In this document: positions 45,001 to 58,133 of the stretch, one piece after another
How the letters are laid out: each line of letters opens with the position of its first letter
How positions within the stretch are numbered: the first letter of the stretch is position 1
From: Eledone cirrhosa
Taxonomy: Eukaryota
Reading direction: 5' to 3'
DNA: 64,000 nucleotides
Assembly: GCA_964016885.1 (NCBI GenBank)
Contig: OZ024744.1
Location: forward strand, 15,066,001-15,130,000
Made by a program: the position numbers and the translations under genes
Notes under the pieces: generated by a model
Database searches by the model: none
Told to the model about the DNA's origin: nothing
What the model saw: only the letters and a program-made list of their open reading frames with translations

Positions 45001-48000
45001 AGATTACTCCAGCAACATGTAGTGCATATTACTCCAGCAATATGTAATGTATATTACTCCAGCAATATGTAATGTAGATAACTCCAGCAATATGTAATGT
45101 AGATTACTCCAGCAATATGTAATGTACATTACTCCAGCAATATGTAATGTATATTACTCCAGCAATATGTAATGTAGATTACTTCAGCAATATATAATGT
45201 ATATTACTTCAGCAATATGTAATGTATATTACTCCAGCAATATGTAATGTATATTACTCCAGCAATATGTAATGTATATTACTCCAGCATTATGTAATGT
45301 AGATTACTTCAGCAATATGTAATGTATATTACTCCAGCAACATGTAATGTAGATTACTCCAGCAATATGTAATGTAGATTACTCCAGCAATATGTAATGT
45401 ATATTACTTCAGCAATATGTAATGTAGATTACTCCAGCAATATGTAATGTAGATTACTTCAGCAATATGTAATGTAGATTACTCCAGCAATATATAATGT
45501 ATATTACTCCAGCAATATGTAATGTAGATTACTCCAGCAATATGTAGTGCATATTACTCCAGCAATATGTAATGTATATTACTCCAGCAATATGTAATTT
45601 AGATTACTCCAGCAATATGTAATGTATATTACTCCAGCAATATGTAATGTAGATTACTTCAGCAATATGTAATGTATATTACTCCAGCAATATGTAATGT
45701 AGATTACTCCAGCAATATGTAATGTAGATTACTCCAGCAATATGTAATGTATATTACTCCAGCAATATGTAATGTAGATTACTCCAGCAATATGTAGTGC
45801 ATATTACTCCAGCAATATGTAATGTAGATTACTCCAGCAATATGTAGTGCATATTACTCCAGCAATACGTAATGTAGATTACTCCAGCAATATGTAATGT
45901 AGATTACTTCAGCAATATGTAATATAGATTACTCCAGCAATATGTAATGTAGATCACTCCAGTAATATGTAATGTAGATTACTCCAGCAATATGTAATGT
46001 ATATTACTCCAGCAATATGTAATGTAGAATACTTCAGCAATATGTAATGTAGATTACTCTAGCAACATGTAATGTAGATTACTTCAGCAATATGTAATGT
46101 ATATTACTTCAGCAATATGTAATGTAGATTACTCCAGCAATATGTTATGCATATTACTCCAGCAATATGTAATGTAGATTACTCCAGCAATATGTAGTGC
46201 ATATTACTCCAGCAATATGTAATGTATATTACTCCAGCAACATGTAATGTAGATTACTTCAGCAATATGTAATGTATATTACTCCAGCAATATGTAATGT
46301 AGATTACTCCAGCAATATGTAATGTAGATTACTCCAGCAATATGTAATGTATATTACTCCAGCAATATGTAATGCAGATTACTTCAGCAATATGTAATGT
46401 AGATTACTCCATCAATATGTAATGTATATTATTCTAGCAACATGTAATGTAGATTACTCCAGCAATATGTAATGTAGATTACTTCAGCAATATGTAATGT
46501 AGATTACTCCAGCAATATGTAATGTATATTACTCCAGCAATATATAATGTAGATTACTCCAGCAATATGTAATTTAGATTATTCCAGCAATATGTAATGT
46601 ATATTACTCCAGCAATATGTAATGTAGATTACTCCAGCAATATGTAATTTAGATTACTCCAGTAATATGTAATGTATATTACTCCAGCAATTTGTAATAT
46701 AGATTACTCCAGCAATATGTAATGTAGATTACTTCAGCAATATGTAATGTAGATTACTTCAGCAATATGTAATGTAGATTACTCCAGCAATATGTAATGT
46801 AGATTACTCCAGCAATATGTAATGTATATTATTTCAGCAATATGTAATGCAGATTACTTCAGCAATATGTAATGTAGATTACTCCAGCAATATGTAATGT
46901 AGATTATTCTAGCAACATGTAATGTAGATTACTCCAGCAATATGTAATGTAGATTACTCCAGCAATATGTAATGTAGATTACTCCAGCAATATGTAATTT
47001 AGATTACTCCAGTAATATGTAATGTATATTACTCCAGCAATATGTAATATAGATTACTCCAGCAATATGTAATGTAGATTACTTCAGCAATATGTAATGT
47101 AGATTACTTCAGCAATATGTAATGTAGATTACTCCAGCAATATGTAATGTAGATTACTCCAGCAATATGTAATGTAGATTACTCCAGCAATATGTAATTT
47201 AGATTACTCCAGCAATATGTAATGTATATTACTCCAGCAATATGTAATGTAGATTAGTCCAGCAATATGTAATGTATATTACTCCAGCAATATGTAATGT
47301 ACATTATTTCAGCAATATGTAATGCAGATTACTTCAGCAATATGTAATGTAGATTACTCCAGCAATATGTAATGTAGATTATTCTAGCAACATGTAATGT
47401 AGATTACTCCAGCAATATGTAATGTAGATTACTTCAGCAATATGTAATGTAGATTACTCCAGCAATATGTAATGTATATTACTCCAGCAATATGTAATGT
47501 ATATTACTCCAGCAATATGTAATTTAGATTACTCCAGCAATATGTAATGTATATTTCTCCAGCAATATGTAATGTAGATTACTTCAGCAATATGTAATGT
47601 ATATTACTCCAGCAATATGTAATGTAGATTACTCCAGCAATATGTAATGTAGATTACTCCAGCAATATGTAATGTAGATTACTCCAGCAATATGTAATGT
47701 ATATTACTTCAGCAATATGTAATGTAGATTACTCCAGCAATATGTAATGTATATTACTCCAGCAATATGTAATGTAGATTACTCCAGCAATATGTAGTGC
47801 ATATTACTCCAGCAATATGTAATGTAGATTACTCCAGCAATATGTAATGTAGATTAATTCAGCAATATGTAATATAGATTACTCCAGCAATATGTAATGT
47901 ATATTACTCCAGCAATATGTAATTTAGATTACTCCAGCAATATGTAATGTATATTTCTCCAGCAATATGTAATGTAGATTACTTCAGCAATATGTAATGT

Positions 48001-51000
48001 ATATTACTCCAGCAATATGTAATGTAGATTACTCCAGCAATATGTAATGTAGATTACTCCAGCAATATGTAATGTAGATTACTCCAGCAATATGTAATGT
48101 ATATTACTTCAGCAATATGTAATGTAGATTACTCCAGCAATATGTAATGAATATTACTCCAGCAATAAGTAATGTAGATCACTCCAGCAATATGTAATGT
48201 AGATTATTCCAGCAATATGTAATGTAGATTACTCCAGCAATATGTAATGTAGATAACTCCAGCAATATGTAATGTAGATTACTCCAGCAATATGTAATGT
48301 ATATTACTCCAGCAATATGTAATGTGTATTACTCCAGCAATATGTAATGTATATTACTCCAGCAATATGTAATGTAGATTACTTCAGCAATATGTAATGT
48401 ATATTACTTCAGCAATATGTAATGTAGATTACTCAAGCAATATGTAATGTAGATTACTTCAGCAATATGTAATGTATATTACTTCAGCAATATGTAATGT
48501 AGATTACTCCAGCAATATGTTATGCATATTACTCCAGCAATATGTAATGTAGATTACTCCAGCAATATGTAGTGCATATTACTCCAGCAATATGTAATGT
48601 ATATTACTCCAGCAATATGTAATTTAGATTACTCCAGCAATATGTAATGTATATTACTCCAGCAACATGTAATGTAGATTACTTAGGCAATATGTAATGT
48701 ATATTACTCCAGCAATATGTAATGTAGATTACTCCAGCAATATGTAATGCAGATTACTCCAGCAATATGTAATGTATATTACTCCAGCAATATGTAATGT
48801 AGATTACTCCAGCAATATGTAATGTAGATTACTCCAGCAATATGTAATGTAGATTACTCCAGCAATATGTAATGTAGATTACTTCAGCAATATGTAATGT
48901 AGATTACTCCAGCAATATGTAATGTAGATTACACCAGCAATATGTAATGTAGATTACTCCAGCAATATGTAATGTATATTACTTCAGCAATATGTAATGT
49001 AGATTACTTCAGCAATATGTAATGTAGATTACTCCAGCAATATGTAATGTATATTACTTCAGCAATATGTAATGTAGATTACTCCAGCAATATGTAATGT
49101 ATATTACTTCAGCAAAATGTAATGTAGATTACTTCAGCAATATGTAATGTAGATTACTCCAGCAATATGTAATGTAGATTACTTCAGCAATATGTAATGT
49201 AGATTACTCCAGCAATATGTAATGTAGATTACTCCAGCAATATGTAATGTAGATTACTCCAGCAATATGTAATGTAGATTACTCCAGCAATATGTAATGT
49301 AGATTAGTCCAGCAATATGTAATGTATATTACTCCAGCAATATGTAATGTATATTATTTCAGCAATATGTAATGCAGATTACTTCAGCAATATGTAATGT
49401 AGATTACTCCAGCAATATGTAATGTAGATTATTCTAGCAACATGTAATGTAGATTACTCCAGCAATATGTAATGTAGATTACTTCAGCAATATGTAATGT
49501 AGATTACTCCAGCAATATGTAATGTAGATTACTCCAGCAATATGTAATGTATATTACTTCAGCAATATGTAATGTAGATTACTCCAGCAATATTTAATGT
49601 AGATTACTCCAGCAATATGTAATGTAGATTACTCCAGCAATATGTAATGTAGATTACTCCAGCAATATGTAATGTATATTACTTCAGCAATATGTAATGT
49701 AGATTACTCCAGCAATATGTAATGTAGATTACTCCAGCAATATGTAATGTAGATTACTCCAGCAATATGTAATGTAGATTACTTCAGCAATATGTAATGT
49801 AGATTACTCCAGCAATATGTAATGTAGATTACTCCAGCAATACGTAATGTAGATTACTCCAGCAATATGTAATGTAGATTACTCCAGCAATATGTAATGT
49901 AGATTACTCCAGCAATATGTAATGTATATTACTTCAGCAATATGTAATGTAGATTACTCCAGCAATATGTAATGTAGATTACTTCAGCAATAGATAATGT
50001 AGATTACTCCAGCAATATGTAATGTAGATTACTCCAGCAATATGTAATGTATATTACTCCAGCAACATGTAATGTAGATTACTCCAGCAATATCTAATGT
50101 AGATTACTTCAGCAATATGTAATGTAGATTACTCCAGCAATATGTAATGTAGATTACTCCAGCAATACGTAATGTAGATTACTCCAGCAATATGTAATGT
50201 AGATTACTCCAGCAATATGTAATGTAGATTACTCCAGCAATATGTAATGTATATTACTTCAGCAATATGTAATGTATATTACTCCAGCAACATGTAATGT
50301 AGATTACTTCAGCAATATGCAATGTAGATTACTCCAGCAATATGTAGTGCATATTACTCCAGCAATATGTAATGTATATTACTCCAGCAATATGTAATTT
50401 AGATTACTCCAGCAATATGTAATGTATATTACTCGAGCAACATGTAATGTAGATTACTTAGGCAATATGTAATGTATATTACTCCAGCAATATGTAATGT
50501 AGATTACTCCAGCAATATGTAATGTATATTACTCCAGCAATATGTAATGTAGATTACTCCAGCAATATGTAATGTAGATTACTCCAGCAATATGTAATGT
50601 ATATTACTCCAGCAATATGTAATGTAGATTACTCCAGCAATATGTAATGTAGATTACTCCAGCAATATGTAATGTAGATTACTTCAGCAATATGTAATGT
50701 AGATTACTCCAGCAATATGTAATGTAGATTACTCCAGCAATATGTAATGTAGATTACTGCAGAAATATGTAATGTATATTACTTCAGCAATATGTAATGT
50801 AGATTACTTCAGCAATATGTAATGTATATTACTTCAGCAATATGTAATGTAGATTACTCCAGCAATATGTAATGTAGATTACTCCAACAATATGTAATGT
50901 AGATTACTCCAGCAATATGTAATGTATATTACTCCAGCAATATGTAATGTAGATTACTCCAGCAATATGTAATGTAGATTACTCCAGCAATATGTAATGT

Positions 51001-54000
51001 ATATTACTTCAGCAAAATGTAATGTAGATTACTTCAGCAATATGTAATGTAGATTACTCCAGCAATATGTAATGTAGATTACTTCTGCAATATGTAATGT
51101 AGATTACTCCAGCAATATGTAATGTATATTACTCCAGCAACATGTAATGTAGATTACTCCAGCAATATCTAATGTATATTACTTCAGCAATATGCAATGT
51201 AGATTACTCCAGCAATATGTAGTGCATATTACTCCAGCAATATGTAATGTATATTACTCCAGCAATATGTAATTTAGATTACTCCAGCAATATGTAATGT
51301 ATATTACTCCAGCAACATGTAATGTAGATTACTTAGGCAATATGTAATGTATATTACTCCAGCAATATGTAATGTAGATTACTCCAGCAATATGTAATGT
51401 ATATTACTCCAGCAATATGTAATGTAGATTACTCCAGCAATATGTAATGTAGATTACTCCAGCAATATGTAATGTATATTACTCCAGCAATATGTAATGT
51501 AGATTACTACAGCAATATGTAATGTAGATTACTCCAGCAATATGTAATGTAGATTAATTCAGCAATATGTAATGTAGATTACTCCAGCAATATGTAATGT
51601 AGATTACTCCAGCAATATGTAATGTAGATTACTCCAGCAATATGTAATGTATATTACTTCAGCAATATGTAATGTAGATTACTTCAGCAATATGTAATGT
51701 AGATTACTCCAGCAATATGTAATGTATATTACTTCAGCAATATGTAATGTAGATTACTCCAGCAATATGTAATGTATATTACTTCAGCAAAATGTAATGT
51801 AGATTACTTCAGCAATATGTAATGTAGATTACTCCAGCAATATGTAATGTAGATTACTCCAGCAATATGTAATGTAGATTACTTCAGCAATATGTAATGT
51901 AGATTACTCCAGCAATATGTAATGTAGATTACTCCAGCAATATGTAATGTAGATTACTCCAGCAATATGTAATGTATATTACTTCAGCAATATGTAATGT
52001 AGATTACTTCAGCAATATGTAATGTAGATTACTCCAGCAATATATAATGTATATTACTTCAGCAATATGTAATGTAGATTACTCCAGCAATATGTAATGT
52101 AGATTACTCCAGCAATATGTAATGTAGATTACTTCAGGAATATGTAATGTAGATTACTCCAGCAATATGTAATGTAGATTACTCCAGCAATATGTAATGT
52201 AGATTACTCCAGCAATATGTAATGTAGATTACTCCAGCAATATGTAATGTAGATTAGTCCAGCAATATGTAATGTATATTACTCCAGCAATATGTAATGT
52301 ATATTATTTCAGCAATATGTAATGCAGATTACTTCAGCAATATGTAATGTAGATTACTCCAGCAATATGTAATGTAGATTATTCTAGCAACATGTAATGT
52401 AGATTACTCCAGCAATATGTAATGTAGATTACTTCAGCAATATGTAATGTAGATTACTCCAGCAATATGTAATATATATTACTCCAGCAATATGTAATGT
52501 AGATTACTCCAGCAATATGTAATGTAGATTATTCCAACAATATGTAATGTAGATTACTCCAGCAATATGTAATGTATATTACTCCAGCAATATGTAATGT
52601 AGATTACTTCAGCAATATGTAATGTAGATTACTTCAGCAATATGTAATGTAGATTACTCCAGCAATATGTAATGTATATTACTTCAGCAATATGTAATGT
52701 AGATTACTCCAGCAATATGTAATGTATATTACTTCAGCAAAATGTAATGTAGATTACTTCAGCAATATGTAATGTAGATTACTCCAGCAATATGTAATGT
52801 AGATTACTTCAGCAATATGTAATGTAGATTACTTCAGCAATATGTAATGTATATTACTCCAGCAATATGTAATGTAGATTACTCCAGCAATATGTAATGT
52901 AGATTACTCCAGCAATATGTAATGTAGATTACTTCAGCAATATGTAATGTAGATTATTCCAGCAATATATAATGTAGATTACTCCAGCAATATGTAATGT
53001 AGATTACTTCAGCAATATGTAATGTATATTACTCCAGCAATATGTTAATGTAGATTACTCCAGCAATATGTAATGTAGATTACTCCAGCAATATGTAATG
53101 TATATTACTCCAGCAATATGTAATGTAGATTACTCCAGCAATATGTAATGTAGATTACTCCAGCAATATGTAATGTATATTACTCCAGCAATATGTAATG
53201 TAGATTACTCCAGCAATATGTAATGTAGATTACTCCAGCAATATGTAATGTAGATTACTTCAGCTATATGTAATGTAGATTATTCCAGCAATATATAATG
53301 TAGATTACTCCAGCAATATGTAATGTAGATTACTTCAGCAATATGTAATGTATATTACTCCAGCAATATGTAATGTAGATTACTCCAGCAATATGTAATG
53401 GAGATTACTCCAGCAATATGTAATGTATATTACTCCAGCAATATGTAATGTAGATTACTCCAGCAATATGTAATGTAGATTACTCCAGCAATATGTAATG
53501 TATATTACTCCAGCAATATGTAATGTAGATTACTCCAGCAATATGTAATGTAGATTACTCCAGCAATATGTAATGTAGATTACTTCAGCAATATGTAATG
53601 TAGATTACTCCAGCAATATGTAATGTAGATTACTCCAGCAATATGTAATGTAGATTACTCCAGCAATATGTAATGTATATTACTTCAGCAATATGTAATG
53701 TAGATTACTTCAGCAATATGTAATGTAGATTACTCCAGCAATATGTAATGTATATTACTTCAGCAATATGTAATGTAGATTACTCCAGCAATATGTAATG
53801 TATATTACTTCAGCAAAATGTAATGTAGATTACTTCAGCAATATGTAATGTAGATTACTCCAGCAATATGTAATGTAGATTACTTCAGCAATATGTAATG
53901 TAGATTACTCCAGCAATATGTAATGTAGATTACTCCAGCAATATGTAATGTAGATTACTCCAGCAATATATTATGTAGATTACTCCAGCAATATGTAATG

Positions 54001-57000
54001 TAGATTAGTCCAGCAATATGTAATGTATATTACTCCAGCAATATGTAATGTATATTATTTCAGCAATATGTAATGCAGATTACTTCAGCAATATGTAATG
54101 TAGATTACTCCAGCAATATGTAATGTAGATTATTCTAGCAACATGTAATGTAGGTTACTCCAGCAATATGTAATGTAGATTACTTCAGCAATATGTAATG
54201 TAGATTACTCCAGCAATATGTAATATATATTACTCCAGCAATATGTAATGTAGATTACTCCAGCAATATGTAATGTAGATTACTTCAGCAATATGTAATG
54301 TAGATTACTTCAGCAATATGTAATGTAGATTACTCCAGCAATATGTAATGTATATTACTTCAGCAATATGTAATGTAGATTACTCCAGCAATATGTAATG
54401 TATATTACTTCAGCAAAATGTAATGTAGATTACTTCAGCAATATGTAATGTAGATTACTCCAGCAATATGTAATGTAGATTACTTCAGGAATATGTAATG
54501 TAGATTACTCCAGCAATATGTAATGTAGATTACTCCAGCAATATGTAATGTAGATTACTCCAGCAATATGTAATGTAGATTACTCCAGCAATATGTAATG
54601 TAGATTAGTCCAGCAATATGTAATGTATATTACTCCAGCAATATGTAATGTATATTATTTCAGCAATATGTAATGCAGATTACTTCAGCAATATGTAATG
54701 TAGATTACTCCAGCAATATGTAATGTAGATTATTCTAGCAACATGTAATGTAGATTACTCCAGCAATATGTAATGTAGATTACTTCAGCAATATGTAATG
54801 TAGATTACTCCAGCAATATGTAATATATATTACTCCAGCAATATGTAATGTAGATTACTCCAGCAATATGTAATGTAGATTATTCCAACAATATGTAATG
54901 TAGATTACTCCAGCAATATGTAATGTATATTACTTCAGCAATATGTAATGTAGATTACTTCAGCAATATGTAATGTAGATTACTCCAGCAATATGTAATG
55001 TATATTACTTCAGCAATATGTAATGTAGATTACTCCAGCAATATGTAATGTATATTACTTCAGCAAAATGTAATGTAGATTACTTCAGCAATATGTAATG
55101 TAGATTACTCCAGCAATATGTAATGTAGATTACTTCAGCAATATGTAATGTAGATTACTTCAGCAATATGTAATGTATATTACTCCAGCAATATGTAATG
55201 TAGATTACTCCAGCAATATGTAATGTAGATTACTCCAGCAATATGTAATGTATATTACTCCAGCAATATGTAATGTAGATTACTCCAGCAATATGTAATG
55301 TAGATTACTCCAGCAATATGTAATGTAGATTACTTCAGCAATATGTAATGTAGATTATTCCAGCAATATATAATGTAGATTACTCCAGCAATATGTAATG
55401 TAGATTACTTCAGCAATATGTAATGTATATTACTCCAGCAATATGTAATGTAGATTACTCCAGCAATATGTAATGTAGATTACTCCAGCAATATGTAATG
55501 TATATTACTCCAGCAATATGTAATGTAGATTACTCCAGCAATATGTAATGTAGATTACTCCAGCAATATGTAATGTATATTACTCCAGCAATATGTAATG
55601 TAGATTACTCCAGCAATATGTAATGTAGATTACTCCAGCAATATGTAATGTAGATTACTTCAGCTATATGTAATGTAGATTATTCCAGCAATATATAATG
55701 TAGATTACTCCAGCAATATGTAATGTAGATTACTTCAGCAATATGTAATGTATATTACTCCAGCAATATGTAATGTAGATTACTCCAGCAATATGTAATG
55801 TAGATTACTCCAGCAATATGTAATGTATATTACTCCAGCAATATGTAATGTAGATTACTCCAGCAATATGTAATGTAGATTACTCCAGCAATATGTAATG
55901 TATATTACTCCAGCAATATGTAATGTAGATTACTCCAGCAATATGTAATGTAGATTACTCCAGCAATATGTAATGTAGATTACTTCAGCAATATGTAATG
56001 TAGATTACTCCAGCAATATGTAATGTAGATTACTCCAGCAATATGTAATGTAGATTACTCCAGCAATATGTAATGTATATTACTTCAGCAATATGTAATG
56101 TAGATTACTTCAGCAATATGTAATGTAGATTACTCCAGCAATATGTAATGTATATTACTTCAGCAATATGTAATGTAGATTACTCCAGCAATATGTAATG
56201 TATATTACTTCAGCAAAATGTAATGTAGATTACTTCAGCAATATGTAATGTAGATTACTCCAGCAATATGTAATGTAGATTACTTCAGCAATATGTAATG
56301 TAGATTACTCCAGCAATATGTAATGTAGATTACTCCAGCAATATGTAATGTAGATTACTCCAGCAATATATTATGTAGATTACTCCAGCAATATGTAATG
56401 TAGATTAGTCCAGCAATATGTAATGTATATTACTCCAGCAATATGTAATGTATATTATTTCAGCAATATGTAATGCAGATTACTTCAGCAATATGTAATG
56501 TAGATTACTCCAGCAATATGTAATGTAGATTATTCTAGCAACATGTAATGTAGATTACTCCAGCAATATGTAATGTAGATTACTTCAGCAATATGTAATG
56601 TAGATTACTCCAGCAATATGTAATATATATTACTCCAGCAATATGTAATGTAGATTACTCCAGCAATATGTAATGTAGATTATTCCAACAATATGTAATG
56701 TAGATTACTCCAGCAATATGTAATGTAGATTATTCCAACAATATGTAATGTAGATTACTCCAGCAATATGTAATGTAGATTACTCCAGCAATATGTAATG
56801 TAGATTACTCCAGCAATATGTAATGTATATTACTTCAGCAATATGTAATGTAGATTACTCCAGCAATATGTAATGTATATTACTTCAGCAATATGTAATG
56901 TAGATTACTCCAGCAATATGTAATGTATATTACTTCAGCAAAATGTAATGTAGATTACTTCAGCAATATGTAATGTAGATTACTCCAGCAATATGTAATG

Positions 57001-57602
57001 TAGATTACTTCAGCAATATGTAATGTAGATTACTTCAGCAATATGTAATGTATATTACTCCAGCAATATGTAATGTATATTACTCCAGCAATATGTAATG
57101 TAGATTACTCCAGCAATATGTAATGTAGAATACTTCAGCAATATGTAATGTATATTACTCCAGCAATATGTAATGTAGATTACTCCAGCAATATGTAATG
57201 TAGATTACTCCAGCAATATGTAATGTAGATTACTTCAGCAATATGTAATGTAGATTATTCCAGCAATATATAATGTAGATTACTCCAGCAATATGTAATG
57301 TAGATTACTTCAGCAATATGTAATGTATATTACTCCAGCAATATGTAATGTAGATTACTCCAGCAATATGTAATGTAGATTACTCCAGCAATATGTAATG
57401 TAGATTACTCCAGCTATATGTAATGTAGATTACTCCGGCAATATGTAATGTAGATTACTCCAGCAATATGTAATGTAGATTATTCCAGCAATATGTAATG
57501 TATATTACTCCAGCAATATGTAATGTAGATTACTCCAGCAATATGTAATGTATATTCAGCAATATGTAATGTAGATTACTCCAGCAATATGTAATGTAGA
57601 TT
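1..57602. repeat. 25-bp tandem satellite array, ~2300 monomers, consensus TACTCCAGCAATATGTAATGTAGAT; truncated by left window edge
   Basis: Unit restarts at 1, 26, 51 and so on. All copies are head-to-tail in one orientation with no spacers. Common variants are TACTCC/TACTTC and GTAGAT/GTATAT. TAA/TAG stops occur in every monomer, and the ORF track has no ORFs here. Confidence 0.99.
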
Positions 57603-57996
57603 CATTCACCCTGGTGCTATGAAGCCAGACACAAATTTCTGATCTCTGAAAGTCTACATGGATTTCTAAATACCTTCAGCACCCAGTTCATCTGTAAATA
57701 TTATTCTCCTTTCTCGTAGATATCTGTCTTCCTTCTTTCTCAATTTTAAAATTCCCTGCTCATATCAATTTTCCGAACTACACCACGCTGGCTATTTGAC
57801 CTCTCCCTTAACCCATCACATTTCGTTCTCTCTCTCTCATTCCGGTTTATTTTATTGCTGTTTATTCCTAAATCTCCTATGATGATGATATATGTGTGCT
57901 GGCTGCTTATCTCTCTCACAATTACCCTCCCACCTCCCCTCACCACCATAGGCTATTTGACCAATCAAACCTCAACCCATTATCAGCCTCAACAAA

Positions 57997-57997
<1 letters not shown>

Positions 57998-58030
<33 letters not shown>
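57998..58030 (+). repeat. (ACT)11 microsatellite in the 5' region of RTE copy 1
   Basis: Read directly from the sequence; it explains the poly-Leu and poly-Thr runs in the short ORFs. Confidence 0.95.
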
Positions 58031-58133
58031 GTCCTTCTAGATCTTACCAGCCCCAACAAACTCTGCCATTACTACTACTACTGTCCTTCTAGCCCTGCAC
58101 TAAATAATAATAACTCCTTACTGATATCTCTGG

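Noticed and set aside
1-57602. CRISPR array or coding repeat
   Set aside because: The repeats are contiguous with no unique spacers and no cas genes. Stops occur in every monomer on both strands, and the 25-bp period rotates them through all frames.
1-57602. Octamer/TAATGARAT or D-box-like transcription factor sites (ATGTAAT, TAATGTAGAT)
   Set aside because: Imperfect short matches are expected in AT-rich DNA, and there is no supporting context.
1-57602. Telomerase-made repeat or information-bearing variant code
   Set aside because: Variant strings recur as kb-scale duplicated blocks, which DNA-level duplication explains. The array is also bounded by a LINE and a stranded monomer.
57619-57651. 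Hammerhead core (CTGA..GAAA) or SECIS (ATGA..AAA..GA)
   Set aside because: CTGATCT does not match CUGANGA and there is no stem II; the SECIS helix would be too short.
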